Of a stretch of DNA of 64,000 bases, positions 35,207 through 44,131 are shown in pieces. Position numbers and translations under genes: made by a program. This DNA comes from a virus: the IMG/VR virus record IMGVR_UViG_3300021490_000002, positions 1-64,000 of that record. The stretch is one strand, 5' to 3'. The notes under the pieces were generated by a model. That model was given only the letters and a program-made list of their open reading frames with translations. It was not told the origin of the DNA and did not search any database. Positions within the stretch are counted from its first letter, which is position 1; every line of letters starts with the position of its first letter.

Positions 35207-35632
35207 ATGCCTTTCATTGGCGACATTATAACAAAACAACTTCCCCCAAGAATAGAGAAAAGGAAACTTTTTGGAATAATTCCTTATAAGAAAACTATTC
35301 TTGAGTGGGAAGTTTATGAGCCCTTGACATATGTGGATGAAATTTTTGAAATAAAAATTACAGTTCCGAAGGGAGCTACGACAGATTTCGCATCTACGCC
35401 TCGTATTGTCTGGCCTGTTCTTCCTCCAGTAGGACGCTACAGCGGGCCTGCTATAGTTCATGACTATATGTATAGGCATGGACTATATAATAGAAAGATA
35501 GCTGACTTTGTATTTCTTCATGCCATGATGGACATTGGAGTTCCTACCTGGAAACAAGTTGTAATGTTTGAGGCAGTCAGATTATTTGGGTGGAAATCAT
35601 ATAGAAAGTTGGAAAAACTCAGAGAGGGTTAG
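35207..35632 (+). CDS. DUF1353 family protein
   Basis: VPKG..TDFASTP...AIVHDYMY...ADFVF..AM...AVRLFG. Confidence 0.85.
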   Translation: MPFIGDIITKQLPPRIEKRKLFGIIPYKKTILEWEVYEPLTYVDEIFEIKITVPKGATTDFASTPRIVWPVLPPVGRYSGPAIVHDYMYRHGLYNRKIADFVFLHAMMDIGVPTWKQVVMFEAVRLFGWKSYRKLEKLREG

Positions 35633-35634
35633 TA

Positions 35635-36336
35635 ATGCAATTTGCATTTAATCCATTTACAGATTCTTTAGATGCCGTTGGAGGTGGGGGAGCTGGGTTT
35701 GCATCAGGAAGCATTATATGGTGGCCAGATACACTAGCTCCTCCATCTGGATGGTTAAAATGCGATGGGTCTTTGGTCAGCAAAGAAGATTACCCTGCTT
35801 TATTTGAAGTTATTGGATATACTTTTGGACAGGATAATGGTCGAAACATACCATTAATCGTAGAGCATTCTGACTACACATCATCTACTGGAACTGTAAG
35901 AGCATCTTCTGAGTATAGCTCAAGCTATCGTGCCTGGTATCCACTTACTACTTCCCAGCCCACCTACTGTTCTGCAACTACAAGTTCTGGAGAATGGTGG
36001 GAGTATGAATTTACAGAACCAAAATTAGTTGCCAAGTTTACTATTAATGTGAAAGCTAATTCTTTTACAATTAGATTAGAAGGCAGTAACGACGGCTCAA
36101 CATATACAACGTTAATGGAAGGTGTATCCATAAATAATGGAACACATACTGTTGACATCCCAGAAGCTGCTCAAGCTGAGTTTTTAATTTATCGGTTGAC
36201 AATGACAAGTTCTGGGAATTGGTTCTGGTTTGATGACTTCCAATTTTATGACTATATTCCTCCTGACCCTAATCTTTTTGGTCTTCCTAATATTAATACT
36301 GGAATTAGTAACATAATAGCAATAATCAGAGTTTAA
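35635..36336 (+). CDS. Tail-collar protein with inserted discoidin (F5/8C)-like domain
   Basis: PSGWLKCDGS.VSKEDYPALFEVIGYTFG ... FGLPN; ASSEY...EWWEYEF...LEGSNDG..YT. Confidence 0.75.
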   Translation: MQFAFNPFTDSLDAVGGGGAGFASGSIIWWPDTLAPPSGWLKCDGSLVSKEDYPALFEVIGYTFGQDNGRNIPLIVEHSDYTSSTGTVRASSEYSSSYRAWYPLTTSQPTYCSATTSSGEWWEYEFTEPKLVAKFTINVKANSFTIRLEGSNDGSTYTTLMEGVSINNGTHTVDIPEAAQAEFLIYRLTMTSSGNWFWFDDFQFYDYIPPDPNLFGLPNINTGISNIIAIIRV

Positions 36337-36350
36337 GGAGTGTTGGTCTT

Positions 36351-37433
36351 ATGGGACTCGTATATAATCCTTTTACTAATAACTTAGATTATGTAAGAGA
36401 TGCTGAAAGCGGTGGGGGAGCTAATCTCTTTCCAGGCGATATAATCACTACATTAAACTGGACAGACAGAAGTCCCGATGACTTTGACATATTTGGATAT
36501 ACAAAGTCATTTCCCTTAAATGTGACTAACGGAGCTAACCATCCTTATGGAAATCAAGTGCGTGTGCCATATCAACATGATGTTAGAACTGTTGATAACA
36601 CATTCTGGATGTTTTCAGGTTGTAATAATGCTGGCTTGACATCTTTAGTTAGATACTACGACCCAAAAACAAATAGCTGGACCAGTAGGGGAAATGCTCC
36701 TATCACTATCCGCAGTGGGATTACATTATACGACTCTAACAGAGATGTTTTTTATTATGGAATGGGATATACAAATTATAATGCTACGAATTATACGAAC
36801 AGATTCTTTGTTTATAGTCCTTCAACAAATACGTGGATGGAGCTCTCTCCTTTTCCAGAAAGTGAGGATGCAACAAGGGCATGTGCAATCGTCGAAGGGA
36901 GCTACGTTTATGTGTTTGGCGGGCCGTTGCGTAAAATTTATAGGTATGATATAGACACAGATACTTGGGAATATTTAGATGAATATACTGATGGGACTGT
37001 TCAACTCGCCACAAAAGTTTCTGATGGAAGTATTATTTGCAAAAAATTTGTTAATGCTACGTTGCGAAAGATTATAAAGTTTAGAATTCCCGATTTTCAC
37101 AACTATGAGGAGGTCTGCTCAGATACTTCTGCTCTTACCAATGGTAGTGATGTTGGAAGTGAGAAGTTTGCTGAATTCAACGGGCTTTTGGTAATGTCTT
37201 ATGTGGACTATTCAGCACAATACTATGAAAACCCTCATATTATTGCTTTTGATTTATTTAATAACAAGTATCTTGGGACAATAGCTAATAAAACGTTAGC
37301 TTGTTTAAACACAGCTTATGGATTTACCTCCGATGGAACTTTAATAGCAATAGGAGGGACTACGTTTAATAACCAACACGTGTGGCTGGTAAAGGACTTT
37401 GGAAGGGTGGCAAGAATGCTTATTAAGAAATAA
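36351..37433 (+). CDS. Kelch/beta-propeller adhesin-like protein
   Basis: YYDPKTNSWT, VYSPSTNTW, YVYVFGG...YDIDTDTW; NPFT N-terminus. Confidence 0.7.
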   Translation: MGLVYNPFTNNLDYVRDAESGGGANLFPGDIITTLNWTDRSPDDFDIFGYTKSFPLNVTNGANHPYGNQVRVPYQHDVRTVDNTFWMFSGCNNAGLTSLVRYYDPKTNSWTSRGNAPITIRSGITLYDSNRDVFYYGMGYTNYNATNYTNRFFVYSPSTNTWMELSPFPESEDATRACAIVEGSYVYVFGGPLRKIYRYDIDTDTWEYLDEYTDGTVQLATKVSDGSIICKKFVNATLRKIIKFRIPDFHNYEEVCSDTSALTNGSDVGSEKFAEFNGLLVMSYVDYSAQYYENPHIIAFDLFNNKYLGTIANKTLACLNTAYGFTSDGTLIAIGGTTFNNQHVWLVKDFGRVARMLIKK

Positions 37434-37447
37434 TAAGGGTTTAAGCT

Positions 37448-37798
37448 ATGGGAGATTTTTCGAGCCAATTAGTGCAGATAGTTGATGCGATTGACTCTAC
37501 TATTTTGTGGTTGAGCCTAAAAATATTCCTTGCCGTTTTGTTAGGATTGTTTCTTAAAAATATGGCTCAGAGTATTTTTGCTTACTTGGACTTTCGCTCC
37601 AACAAATACGTTTGCGTTGGAAGAAAAGTCCTCGTAAACAACTTTGAAGGCGTAATTACAAGCATTACGTTTAAATTCATAATTATAGAAAATAAAGAAC
37701 AAAGCCTACTCCTTCCAACTACCAGATGGAAGGAGTACGACTGGAAATTTTTTCATAATATTAGTCGGGAAGATTCAATAACCTTAAGTTACTTTTAA
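37448..37798 (+). CDS. Small membrane protein with MscS-like core
   Basis: TM helix, then KNMAQSIFA...VCVGRKVLVNNFEGVITSITF...LLLP. Confidence 0.55.
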   Translation: MGDFSSQLVQIVDAIDSTILWLSLKIFLAVLLGLFLKNMAQSIFAYLDFRSNKYVCVGRKVLVNNFEGVITSITFKFIIIENKEQSLLLPTTRWKEYDWKFFHNISREDSITLSYF

Positions 37799-37799
37799 C

Positions 37800-38780
37800 T
37801 TACAAAATTGGATATATTGCATTAACCTCAATAGGCCTATTCCTAACATAGGGATTATCAGGCTCTAAAACAATAAAGTAAGTTGAGCAATCATAAACCT
37901 TTTCCACCCTGAACTCTTTTAACTTTCTAGTTGACAATTTTGTCTCCTTAAAGTTTTCCAACTTTAATTCTCCTCCCGTGGAAAATGTGACGTCAGTTTC
38001 CGAAAATAGACTTACTAAAGTCATTAACCTATCAACTGTTTTAATTTGAAGCTTTTTGATTAGAAGCTTGACAAGATAAATCAGGTCTGTCTTCTTAAAC
38101 CTCCATTCTACTATCCCAGAAGTAATACTTTTCTGGGAAACGAGAGGAAGGAGGTTGAGAGACTTACAGATTATATCGTAATAGTCTTTCCACCAAGAAG
38201 ACGTTAAACGGAATATGAAAAAGTTACTTTTTAACTTGACTTTTTTCAATATGAACGAAAGTTTTAAGAATAAATATAGCGACATATAATAATTTTCAAC
38301 GGAGTAGTTGATAAATGTTGTATCTACTTCATTGTAATTTTTGTGGATGTCTGGAGGGATAAAGTCTTCCCATTGAGGATAGTTCTTAACTATCCTTGAC
38401 ACCAGAGATTGTGTTCTTCCGTTTTGTGTGTATAAGGATACTAATGATTTTATGACGTTTGTAATTAATACGTCTTTTGTAACCCCTAATGTATGTGTGT
38501 CTCTTAGACTAAAATTCCCTCTAACGGCAAGCTTTTTAATATTTATTTTTCTTTCTTGCGAATGATGAAGGACGTAGTAACCATAAGTACCTACAGACAC
38601 ATATCCTCTAGTTTTACCTAATACTTGGACTGTTCTTACTGGTATCACCGTCCTATTCCCAGATAAAATAAATACAGGCTTGCTTAACTGGTGGATACCT
38701 TGTATATTAGGACACAAGTTGAATGCAGGTAAAAGGCCATCTCTTGTTCTGAAAATTGAGGTTATGGGATACGCAAGCAT
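37800..38780 (-). CDS. Hypothetical protein, degenerate intein/LAGLIDADG-like
   Basis: Termini resemble Hint blocks (AYPITSIFRTRDG; VEKVYD...IEVNAI) but catalytic residues are absent. Confidence 0.35.
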   Translation of the reverse strand: MLAYPITSIFRTRDGLLPAFNLCPNIQGIHQLSKPVFILSGNRTVIPVRTVQVLGKTRGYVSVGTYGYYVLHHSQERKINIKKLAVRGNFSLRDTHTLGVTKDVLITNVIKSLVSLYTQNGRTQSLVSRIVKNYPQWEDFIPPDIHKNYNEVDTTFINYSVENYYMSLYLFLKLSFILKKVKLKSNFFIFRLTSSWWKDYYDIICKSLNLLPLVSQKSITSGIVEWRFKKTDLIYLVKLLIKKLQIKTVDRLMTLVSLFSETDVTFSTGGELKLENFKETKLSTRKLKEFRVEKVYDCSTYFIVLEPDNPYVRNRPIEVNAIYPIL

Positions 38781-38809
38781 AAATCAGAACCTCCAGGAGT
38801 TTAATTGCT

Positions 38810-39382
38810 ATGATATCCTCTAGTGGGAAAAAGGTTAAACTAACTATAGATTTTGTCAACGAGATAGTTCCTGCGATTAATGACGAGGATATTTCCAGAA
38901 TCAGCTTTAACATTCCTAGTATTTATTACACAATTTCTGTTGACATTATTGACTCTATGATGGCTAACTGGCTTTACGTTGTCTCTTGTAATAAAAGCGT
39001 TGGGAATCTTATAAACAATTTCTCTCTAGTTCCGTTTAGACTGGATGCACTTTCTGTCAAGGATGCATACTTTGTACAAGAAGAGAATAGAATGGTTTGG
39101 ACAGTAGAGGAACTTATAGAAGAAAGGCTCACTTGGAAGATAGCAAGCAAAGTCTTAGTCATAAATACAAACGAAAGTTATGGAGGTATTGTTGACTTTG
39201 TGTCTGGGAGCCAACACGTATTGATTACCTCTTCTCCTTATGACCATAGAACTGTTTATGAATCCACGTTTTTAACTCCTTTAATTAAAGGCAGATTTAT
39301 AACTCATGAAAGGAGAGGACGAGAGTTCATAGCTAAAATAGAGATAGATGCAGAGGAGTTTAAAAGATGCCTAACATCATAG
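38810..39382 (+). CDS. Hypothetical (tail/baseplate region) protein
   Basis: GGAG SD; upstream of hub gene. Confidence 0.5.
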   Translation: MISSSGKKVKLTIDFVNEIVPAINDEDISRISFNIPSIYYTISVDIIDSMMANWLYVVSCNKSVGNLINNFSLVPFRLDALSVKDAYFVQEENRMVWTVEELIEERLTWKIASKVLVINTNESYGGIVDFVSGSQHVLITSSPYDHRTVYESTFLTPLIKGRFITHERRGREFIAKIEIDAEEFKRCLTS

Positions 39383-40038
39383 TAATACCGTTGGTGTATC
39401 TGGAAAGAAAAAAGACGCCTGAAGTAAGGCCCAACATGGAACAACCAGAGACTATCGTTGAACAACAAGAATTTGAATCTCGTGTTGTGTTTAAGGTGGA
39501 CGTTGCAGTGGCAAATCCTAAAATAAAGGTTCCCTTTAAAAGCACTGTATCATACTTACATGCAAAATATATTCGCAACCTTGTATTATCCGCTAGAGCT
39601 AAAAGTTTGTATGAGGCTGGATACGAAATTTATGTAACACATCCACTAAGGCATTTTACACCTGTATCTATCGAACCTCCTTACATCTTGACAGAATCGG
39701 AAGAGTTTAATGAGTATATTGAAACAACATATCAGACATTTGATAACTTTGTTGCTTGTCTCGTTATTGACACATTCTACACCGTCCACTCGTACTATTT
39801 AACCTGCAAACGTGTAATAAGCGATGATATGCCTGAATTTACAAAAATAGAAATCTTGTCTTCTTCTCCAGAACTCAACATAATTGAGGGGACTATTGAT
39901 AGGGCATACCTAAGCTACCCTGTTAAATTACTTCCTACTGACTTTACTGTTACTATAACTCATAGTGAAGGAAATGCGTATGATGTAACCGTAAGCGCAA
40001 GTGTTGACGGAACTATTGACAAGCGTATTTTACTGTAA
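39367..40038 (+). CDS. Hypothetical (tail/baseplate region) protein
   Basis: ORF overlapping the previous gene. Confidence 0.5.
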   Translation: MPNIIVIPLVYLERKKTPEVRPNMEQPETIVEQQEFESRVVFKVDVAVANPKIKVPFKSTVSYLHAKYIRNLVLSARAKSLYEAGYEIYVTHPLRHFTPVSIEPPYILTESEEFNEYIETTYQTFDNFVACLVIDTFYTVHSYYLTCKRVISDDMPEFTKIEILSSSPELNIIEGTIDRAYLSYPVKLLPTDFTVTITHSEGNAYDVTVSASVDGTIDKRILL

Positions 40039-40050
40039 AGGAGTGAGGCC

Positions 40051-40803
40051 TTGATACATAATAAAATTTACATATTTGGAAAATCTAGCGTCACTTACCA
40101 TAATATCCCGCTACATTATGATATTATGGTGATTCCCTATCCGCAGGCGATAGATTATAAGAATATTGCAGATAGAATGGATTTTACTGGCGTATTAATG
40201 GACATGGGCACTGGAACGTTTGAGCCTATATTTCTTAGGAAACTACCTATATTTCAAAAAATCTTTAATGTATTTCTCCCTAATAGAGCTGAAATAAACA
40301 AAATGTTGGACCTCCAGTTTTTGATAGAGGGGCGTTACCTATCCTTTTGGTTTACTGCTATGGAAGAGGATTTTAGACCTGTTGGCTATGCTCCTTTCCA
40401 TGTTCCAGATGAATTTGAGATTTATAAGTACGAAGCTGGGATGCAGTATTTTTATAGTTTAAACTGGGGTCAGAAATCAATTGAGGATGTTTATAAGCAG
40501 AGAATGGTCGCTATTGTATATGATGGATTTTCCAAAATTCACTTTAACCAAATTTCGTCTATGGAAATTCAATTAGACTATAGGGTTCTAAAAGTAAACT
40601 TGGATTATCCTATGCCAGAAATAATCGTAAGTGATATTGATGTAATTACTACGTTTTTGTATGTGCGAAGTAATAAGGAAGATATTACTTTTAACTTTGT
40701 TACGTCTGATATTGCCTATGTTACTTTGGACTTGGTTGAGGACTACAAAAATTATTATAACCCATTTACTGAGTCTCCAAAGATTTACCCTGAAGGAGTG
40801 TAA
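40051..40803 (+). CDS. Putative distal tail-like protein
   Basis: EGRYLSFWF resembles the GR...FW motif of distal tail proteins; directly before hub. Confidence 0.4.
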   Translation: MIHNKIYIFGKSSVTYHNIPLHYDIMVIPYPQAIDYKNIADRMDFTGVLMDMGTGTFEPIFLRKLPIFQKIFNVFLPNRAEINKMLDLQFLIEGRYLSFWFTAMEEDFRPVGYAPFHVPDEFEIYKYEAGMQYFYSLNWGQKSIEDVYKQRMVAIVYDGFSKIHFNQISSMEIQLDYRVLKVNLDYPMPEIIVSDIDVITTFLYVRSNKEDITFNFVTSDIAYVTLDLVEDYKNYYNPFTESPKIYPEGV

Positions 40804-40805
40804 AT

Positions 40806-41783
40806 ATGTCTTGGCAAACCTGGGAAGAAGCAGTAACCGTAGGCCACGTTATTTACCTGTATCAGTTTGACTTCTATTCTACTTATAGTGATACTACTTC
40901 GGTCGGATTCTGTACTGGGCGGAGTGAAATTGTGTATAACGGATTGACATTTTACCCACGTCCAATAGTTCACTCGGCTATAAAGTTTACTTACGGAGAT
41001 GTAGATACTACAATCCATCTTCCAGCTACAAAGTACTGGATAGATATATTTTTTAAGACAGAGTTTCTTAAGTGTGACCTTACTATTTATCGCTATAAGG
41101 AGGAGTTGAACGGAGCTATTATTCTTTTCAAAGGAAAATACAAAAAAGCTTCACTAAAAACGACTACTATTGATGTAGAGTTCGGATTAGGTCTTAACCT
41201 TGCTAACTCCGAAGTCATTACTTATTGGGTCCAGCGATACTGTAATCATATTATCTATGATAAATATTGTGGCCTTTCACAAGATGCCTACAAGGCGGAA
41301 TATACTAATTTTAACATTACTGGAGACAATGTGGTAGAGTTGCCTAGCTCTCCATATTTTTTAGGAGATTCCTTTGATGACTTTTGGAGAGAAGGGTTGG
41401 TCATCCTTATGGGAGGTGTGGAGATACCTAACGTCACTTTTTTTGAGCTTCCTGTCCCAAATTTAATAGCTTCTGTTTTATCACCGACTTCGTTTTCACT
41501 TAAATGGAATATTCCAGACTATGTTATGAATTATGCTAACAAAAAGATTACTATACTTCCCAATTGCATAGGTGACTTAGATAGATGTAAGCTACTTTTT
41601 GGCAATCTTCCCAGGGCATGTGGGTGGCCCGATATGCCGTCAAATATGCTTACAAGCGATACTCTTAGCGATACGTCGGTGCGTAATAGAGGCAATATCG
41701 GTCAGATGTGCTTGGGCGATGAATCTGAAAACAATGATAATAATGACGACAATCCAGACCATAGTGGAGATTGGGGTCCATGA
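40806..41783 (+). CDS. Baseplate hub protein (DUF2163/BR0599-like, Cys cluster)
   Basis: LYQF...YNGLTF.P.PI; QRYCNHIIYDKYCGL; PNC.G....C...FGN....GWPDMP. Confidence 0.8.
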   Translation: MSWQTWEEAVTVGHVIYLYQFDFYSTYSDTTSVGFCTGRSEIVYNGLTFYPRPIVHSAIKFTYGDVDTTIHLPATKYWIDIFFKTEFLKCDLTIYRYKEELNGAIILFKGKYKKASLKTTTIDVEFGLGLNLANSEVITYWVQRYCNHIIYDKYCGLSQDAYKAEYTNFNITGDNVVELPSSPYFLGDSFDDFWREGLVILMGGVEIPNVTFFELPVPNLIASVLSPTSFSLKWNIPDYVMNYANKKITILPNCIGDLDRCKLLFGNLPRACGWPDMPSNMLTSDTLSDTSVRNRGNIGQMCLGDESENNDNNDDNPDHSGDWGP

Positions 41784-42178
41784 GCGTAATTGTCGGTAGA
41801 TTTAAACAAATTTTAAGAAATAACCCCAAGTTGCGAAAGGTTCTCAAGTTACGATATAATCGCCCCACCAATGAACTTTTCTCATACTTACTTGACAAAA
41901 GAAATAGAATGGCTGACAATTTATCTGAATGTTTAAGTTATAATAGACGTAACTTAAAGGAATGTCTGGAGAAAAAGTTAGGATTACAATTGGAATGGGT
42001 AGATGACATTGCAGATAGCGGAACATATATATTAATCCAAAATGCTAGAGTATCAATTATCACAAACAAATTAGTTATCGGTCGGACCTGTGCTGACGAA
42101 ATAACTCTTAGGCAGAAGTATTCGAACGAGGGATTAAGATTGTTTAAAAAGCTTAAAGTGGTGGAATATGAGACATAA
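41771..42178 (+). CDS. Hypothetical protein
   Basis: ORF after hub. Confidence 0.5.
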   Translation: MGSMSVIVGRFKQILRNNPKLRKVLKLRYNRPTNELFSYLLDKRNRMADNLSECLSYNRRNLKECLEKKLGLQLEWVDDIADSGTYILIQNARVSIITNKLVIGRTCADEITLRQKYSNEGLRLFKKLKVVEYET

Positions 42179-43223
42179 AGAAGTATTCGTATTTTGTGCT
42201 ACAATATTTATGTATGTTCTACTATCCCCACATATACTAATTTCTACTGGAAATCGTAATTTAGTAAACAAAAAAGTTGTTATAGTTTCATCTTATAATC
42301 CATTCAATGTATGTTATAGGCCACAAATGCTTGGAATTATAGATTGCCTACGAGATAAACATTATATAAGAGACGATGAAGTTGTTCAAATATACTATTT
42401 AAGAGCGAAAACTAAAAATATTAATCCCGCAGATATTAGTGATGTTGCTGATGATATTGTAAAAAACATAATCGAAAACTTTCCTAATCTAAGTTTTGTG
42501 GTTACCGTAGATGATATTGCTTTTAACTATGTTGGTATTAGGCTGGCAAATATAGGTTATAAAGTTATATTCAGTGGATTAAATCTTCCACTGACTTTTT
42601 ACAAAAGTAGATTAAACAACAACGCCGAGGTGGCTGGAGTAGAGGAAATAATAAGACTAGAAAAACTTTGGGACCTTTTAGATTTGGCTGCATTGACGCC
42701 AAAGACTTATTATGTTGTCACAAGTTCCTGCACTTTTATGTCATATACCGAAAAGGCCTTGATTGATACCCTATCAAACGAATTTAATAAACGAGGTATT
42801 TCAAACATCCAAACTATTTCCTTCCCAGATACAACATCTTTGACTGATTTTATTCAGAAACTACAAAAAGAGGAATTTTCAGTAATTTTTATAACTGCTC
42901 AGCGATTATACGACCCTCCCACTAGAAGACTTGTAAGTATGGAAAAGATAGTTAAGATTGTTACAAGTTTAAATATGCGTCATTTGGAAGTAGTATTCAA
43001 CTTACTCTTAAGCAAAGAGTACAATGCAGCTATTTCTACCTCTGTTAATTTTTATAATATGGGCATGTTAGCTGGGAATATCCTGATAAATTTTCAGTCT
43101 GGCAAAATAAAACAACCAGAGGTACGTCTTGGCTGTAATGTGTCACGCTTAGAAGCGTTGGGGTTGTTTTATAAAATATTTTCAAATAAAGATATAAGGG
43201 AGAGGATAGATGAACTTTATTAA
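42168..43223 (+). CDS. ABC-type substrate-binding/periplasmic sensor-like protein
   Basis: N-terminal TM; VVIVSSY...VVTVDDIAF...VIFSGLN...VAGVEE...MGMLAG. Confidence 0.65.
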   Translation: MRHKEVFVFCATIFMYVLLSPHILISTGNRNLVNKKVVIVSSYNPFNVCYRPQMLGIIDCLRDKHYIRDDEVVQIYYLRAKTKNINPADISDVADDIVKNIIENFPNLSFVVTVDDIAFNYVGIRLANIGYKVIFSGLNLPLTFYKSRLNNNAEVAGVEEIIRLEKLWDLLDLAALTPKTYYVVTSSCTFMSYTEKALIDTLSNEFNKRGISNIQTISFPDTTSLTDFIQKLQKEEFSVIFITAQRLYDPPTRRLVSMEKIVKIVTSLNMRHLEVVFNLLLSKEYNAAISTSVNFYNMGMLAGNILINFQSGKIKQPEVRLGCNVSRLEALGLFYKIFSNKDIRERIDELY

Positions 43224-43533
43224 AAACTACATACTATCGGATTACTCAATTATTCTCCAGGGATTGGTTATACTTATTATTTTATTGTTTCTCTCAGGAC
43301 GTGTCGTATCTTCGGTGAAAAAAGATACTATAACTTACTTGCAAAGTATGTCTGTAAAAGGTAAAGGGGTAGTAAATGTTTACAAGAATGTGAGAGAGAT
43401 AGTGATTGAAGGTTCTAATGTAGGGCAGAATTCCCAGTCCTTCGTTTTCCCAAAAAGTCGTTGGGTGACTATCAAAGCGAAAAAAGATGTTACTACAGAT
43501 GAGGAGCAAATTCTAATAATTGAATTAAAATAA
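43210..43533 (+). CDS. Membrane-anchored hypothetical protein
   Basis: N-terminal TM. Confidence 0.5.
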   Translation: MNFIKNYILSDYSIILQGLVILIILLFLSGRVVSSVKKDTITYLQSMSVKGKGVVNVYKNVREIVIEGSNVGQNSQSFVFPKSRWVTIKAKKDVTTDEEQILIIELK

Positions 43534-43554
43534 ATTTGCACTTTGGAGGGTTAA

Positions 43555-43827
43555 ATGCTTGACGTATTGAACTTATCTAACGTTACTCTTGTAGCTCTAA
43601 CCAAACTTCTTTTGATTTTTGCAGCAATTTGTGTCTTTGTTATCTATATACTGGGAAAGGGAGTAAGTTCGTTGGATAAACGAATGGAAAATATCGAGGA
43701 AACATTGTCTCAGTTATCTCCCGCTATTACTGAAATAAACATAATACTTTCTGCTCTACTTAAGATTTCTAACATAGAAAAAAGTAGTTTGATTAAAAAT
43801 AAAAAGGAGGTAGATGATGTCAACTAA
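43555..43827 (+). CDS. Small membrane protein (TM plus coiled coil; holin-like candidate)
   Basis: GGAGG SD; TM helix. Confidence 0.4.
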   Translation: MLDVLNLSNVTLVALTKLLLIFAAICVFVIYILGKGVSSLDKRMENIEETLSQLSPAITEINIILSALLKISNIEKSSLIKNKKEVDDVN

Positions 43828-44119
43828 GGGAGGAGATAAGGCTGTAGGCGGTTCTGGCGGTGCTGGTAATATGTCTGCATTTGGATGGATTTCGATGGGC
43901 GTAACCTTATTGACTGTAGTGTTTGCGTTATTTTCTAAGGGCCATAATGATAAGACCGAAACGGCAGATGTTTCTGTAGAAATTACTCCGCCCCATACGG
44001 ATTCGCAACCTCTGCCCAGAACTTACGGTACGTGTAAGGTTAGGGCTAACACAGTTTGGTGGGGAAATCTTGTGATTAAAGACAGTACTATGGACGAAAT
44101 AAACAAACGCTACTACTAG
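43814..44119 (+). CDS. Tail tip assembly protein
   Basis: PLPRTYGTCKVRANTVWWGNL. Confidence 0.65.
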   Translation: MMSTKGGDKAVGGSGGAGNMSAFGWISMGVTLLTVVFALFSKGHNDKTETADVSVEITPPHTDSQPLPRTYGTCKVRANTVWWGNLVIKDSTMDEINKRYY

Positions 44120-44131
44120 AGGAGATAGACT

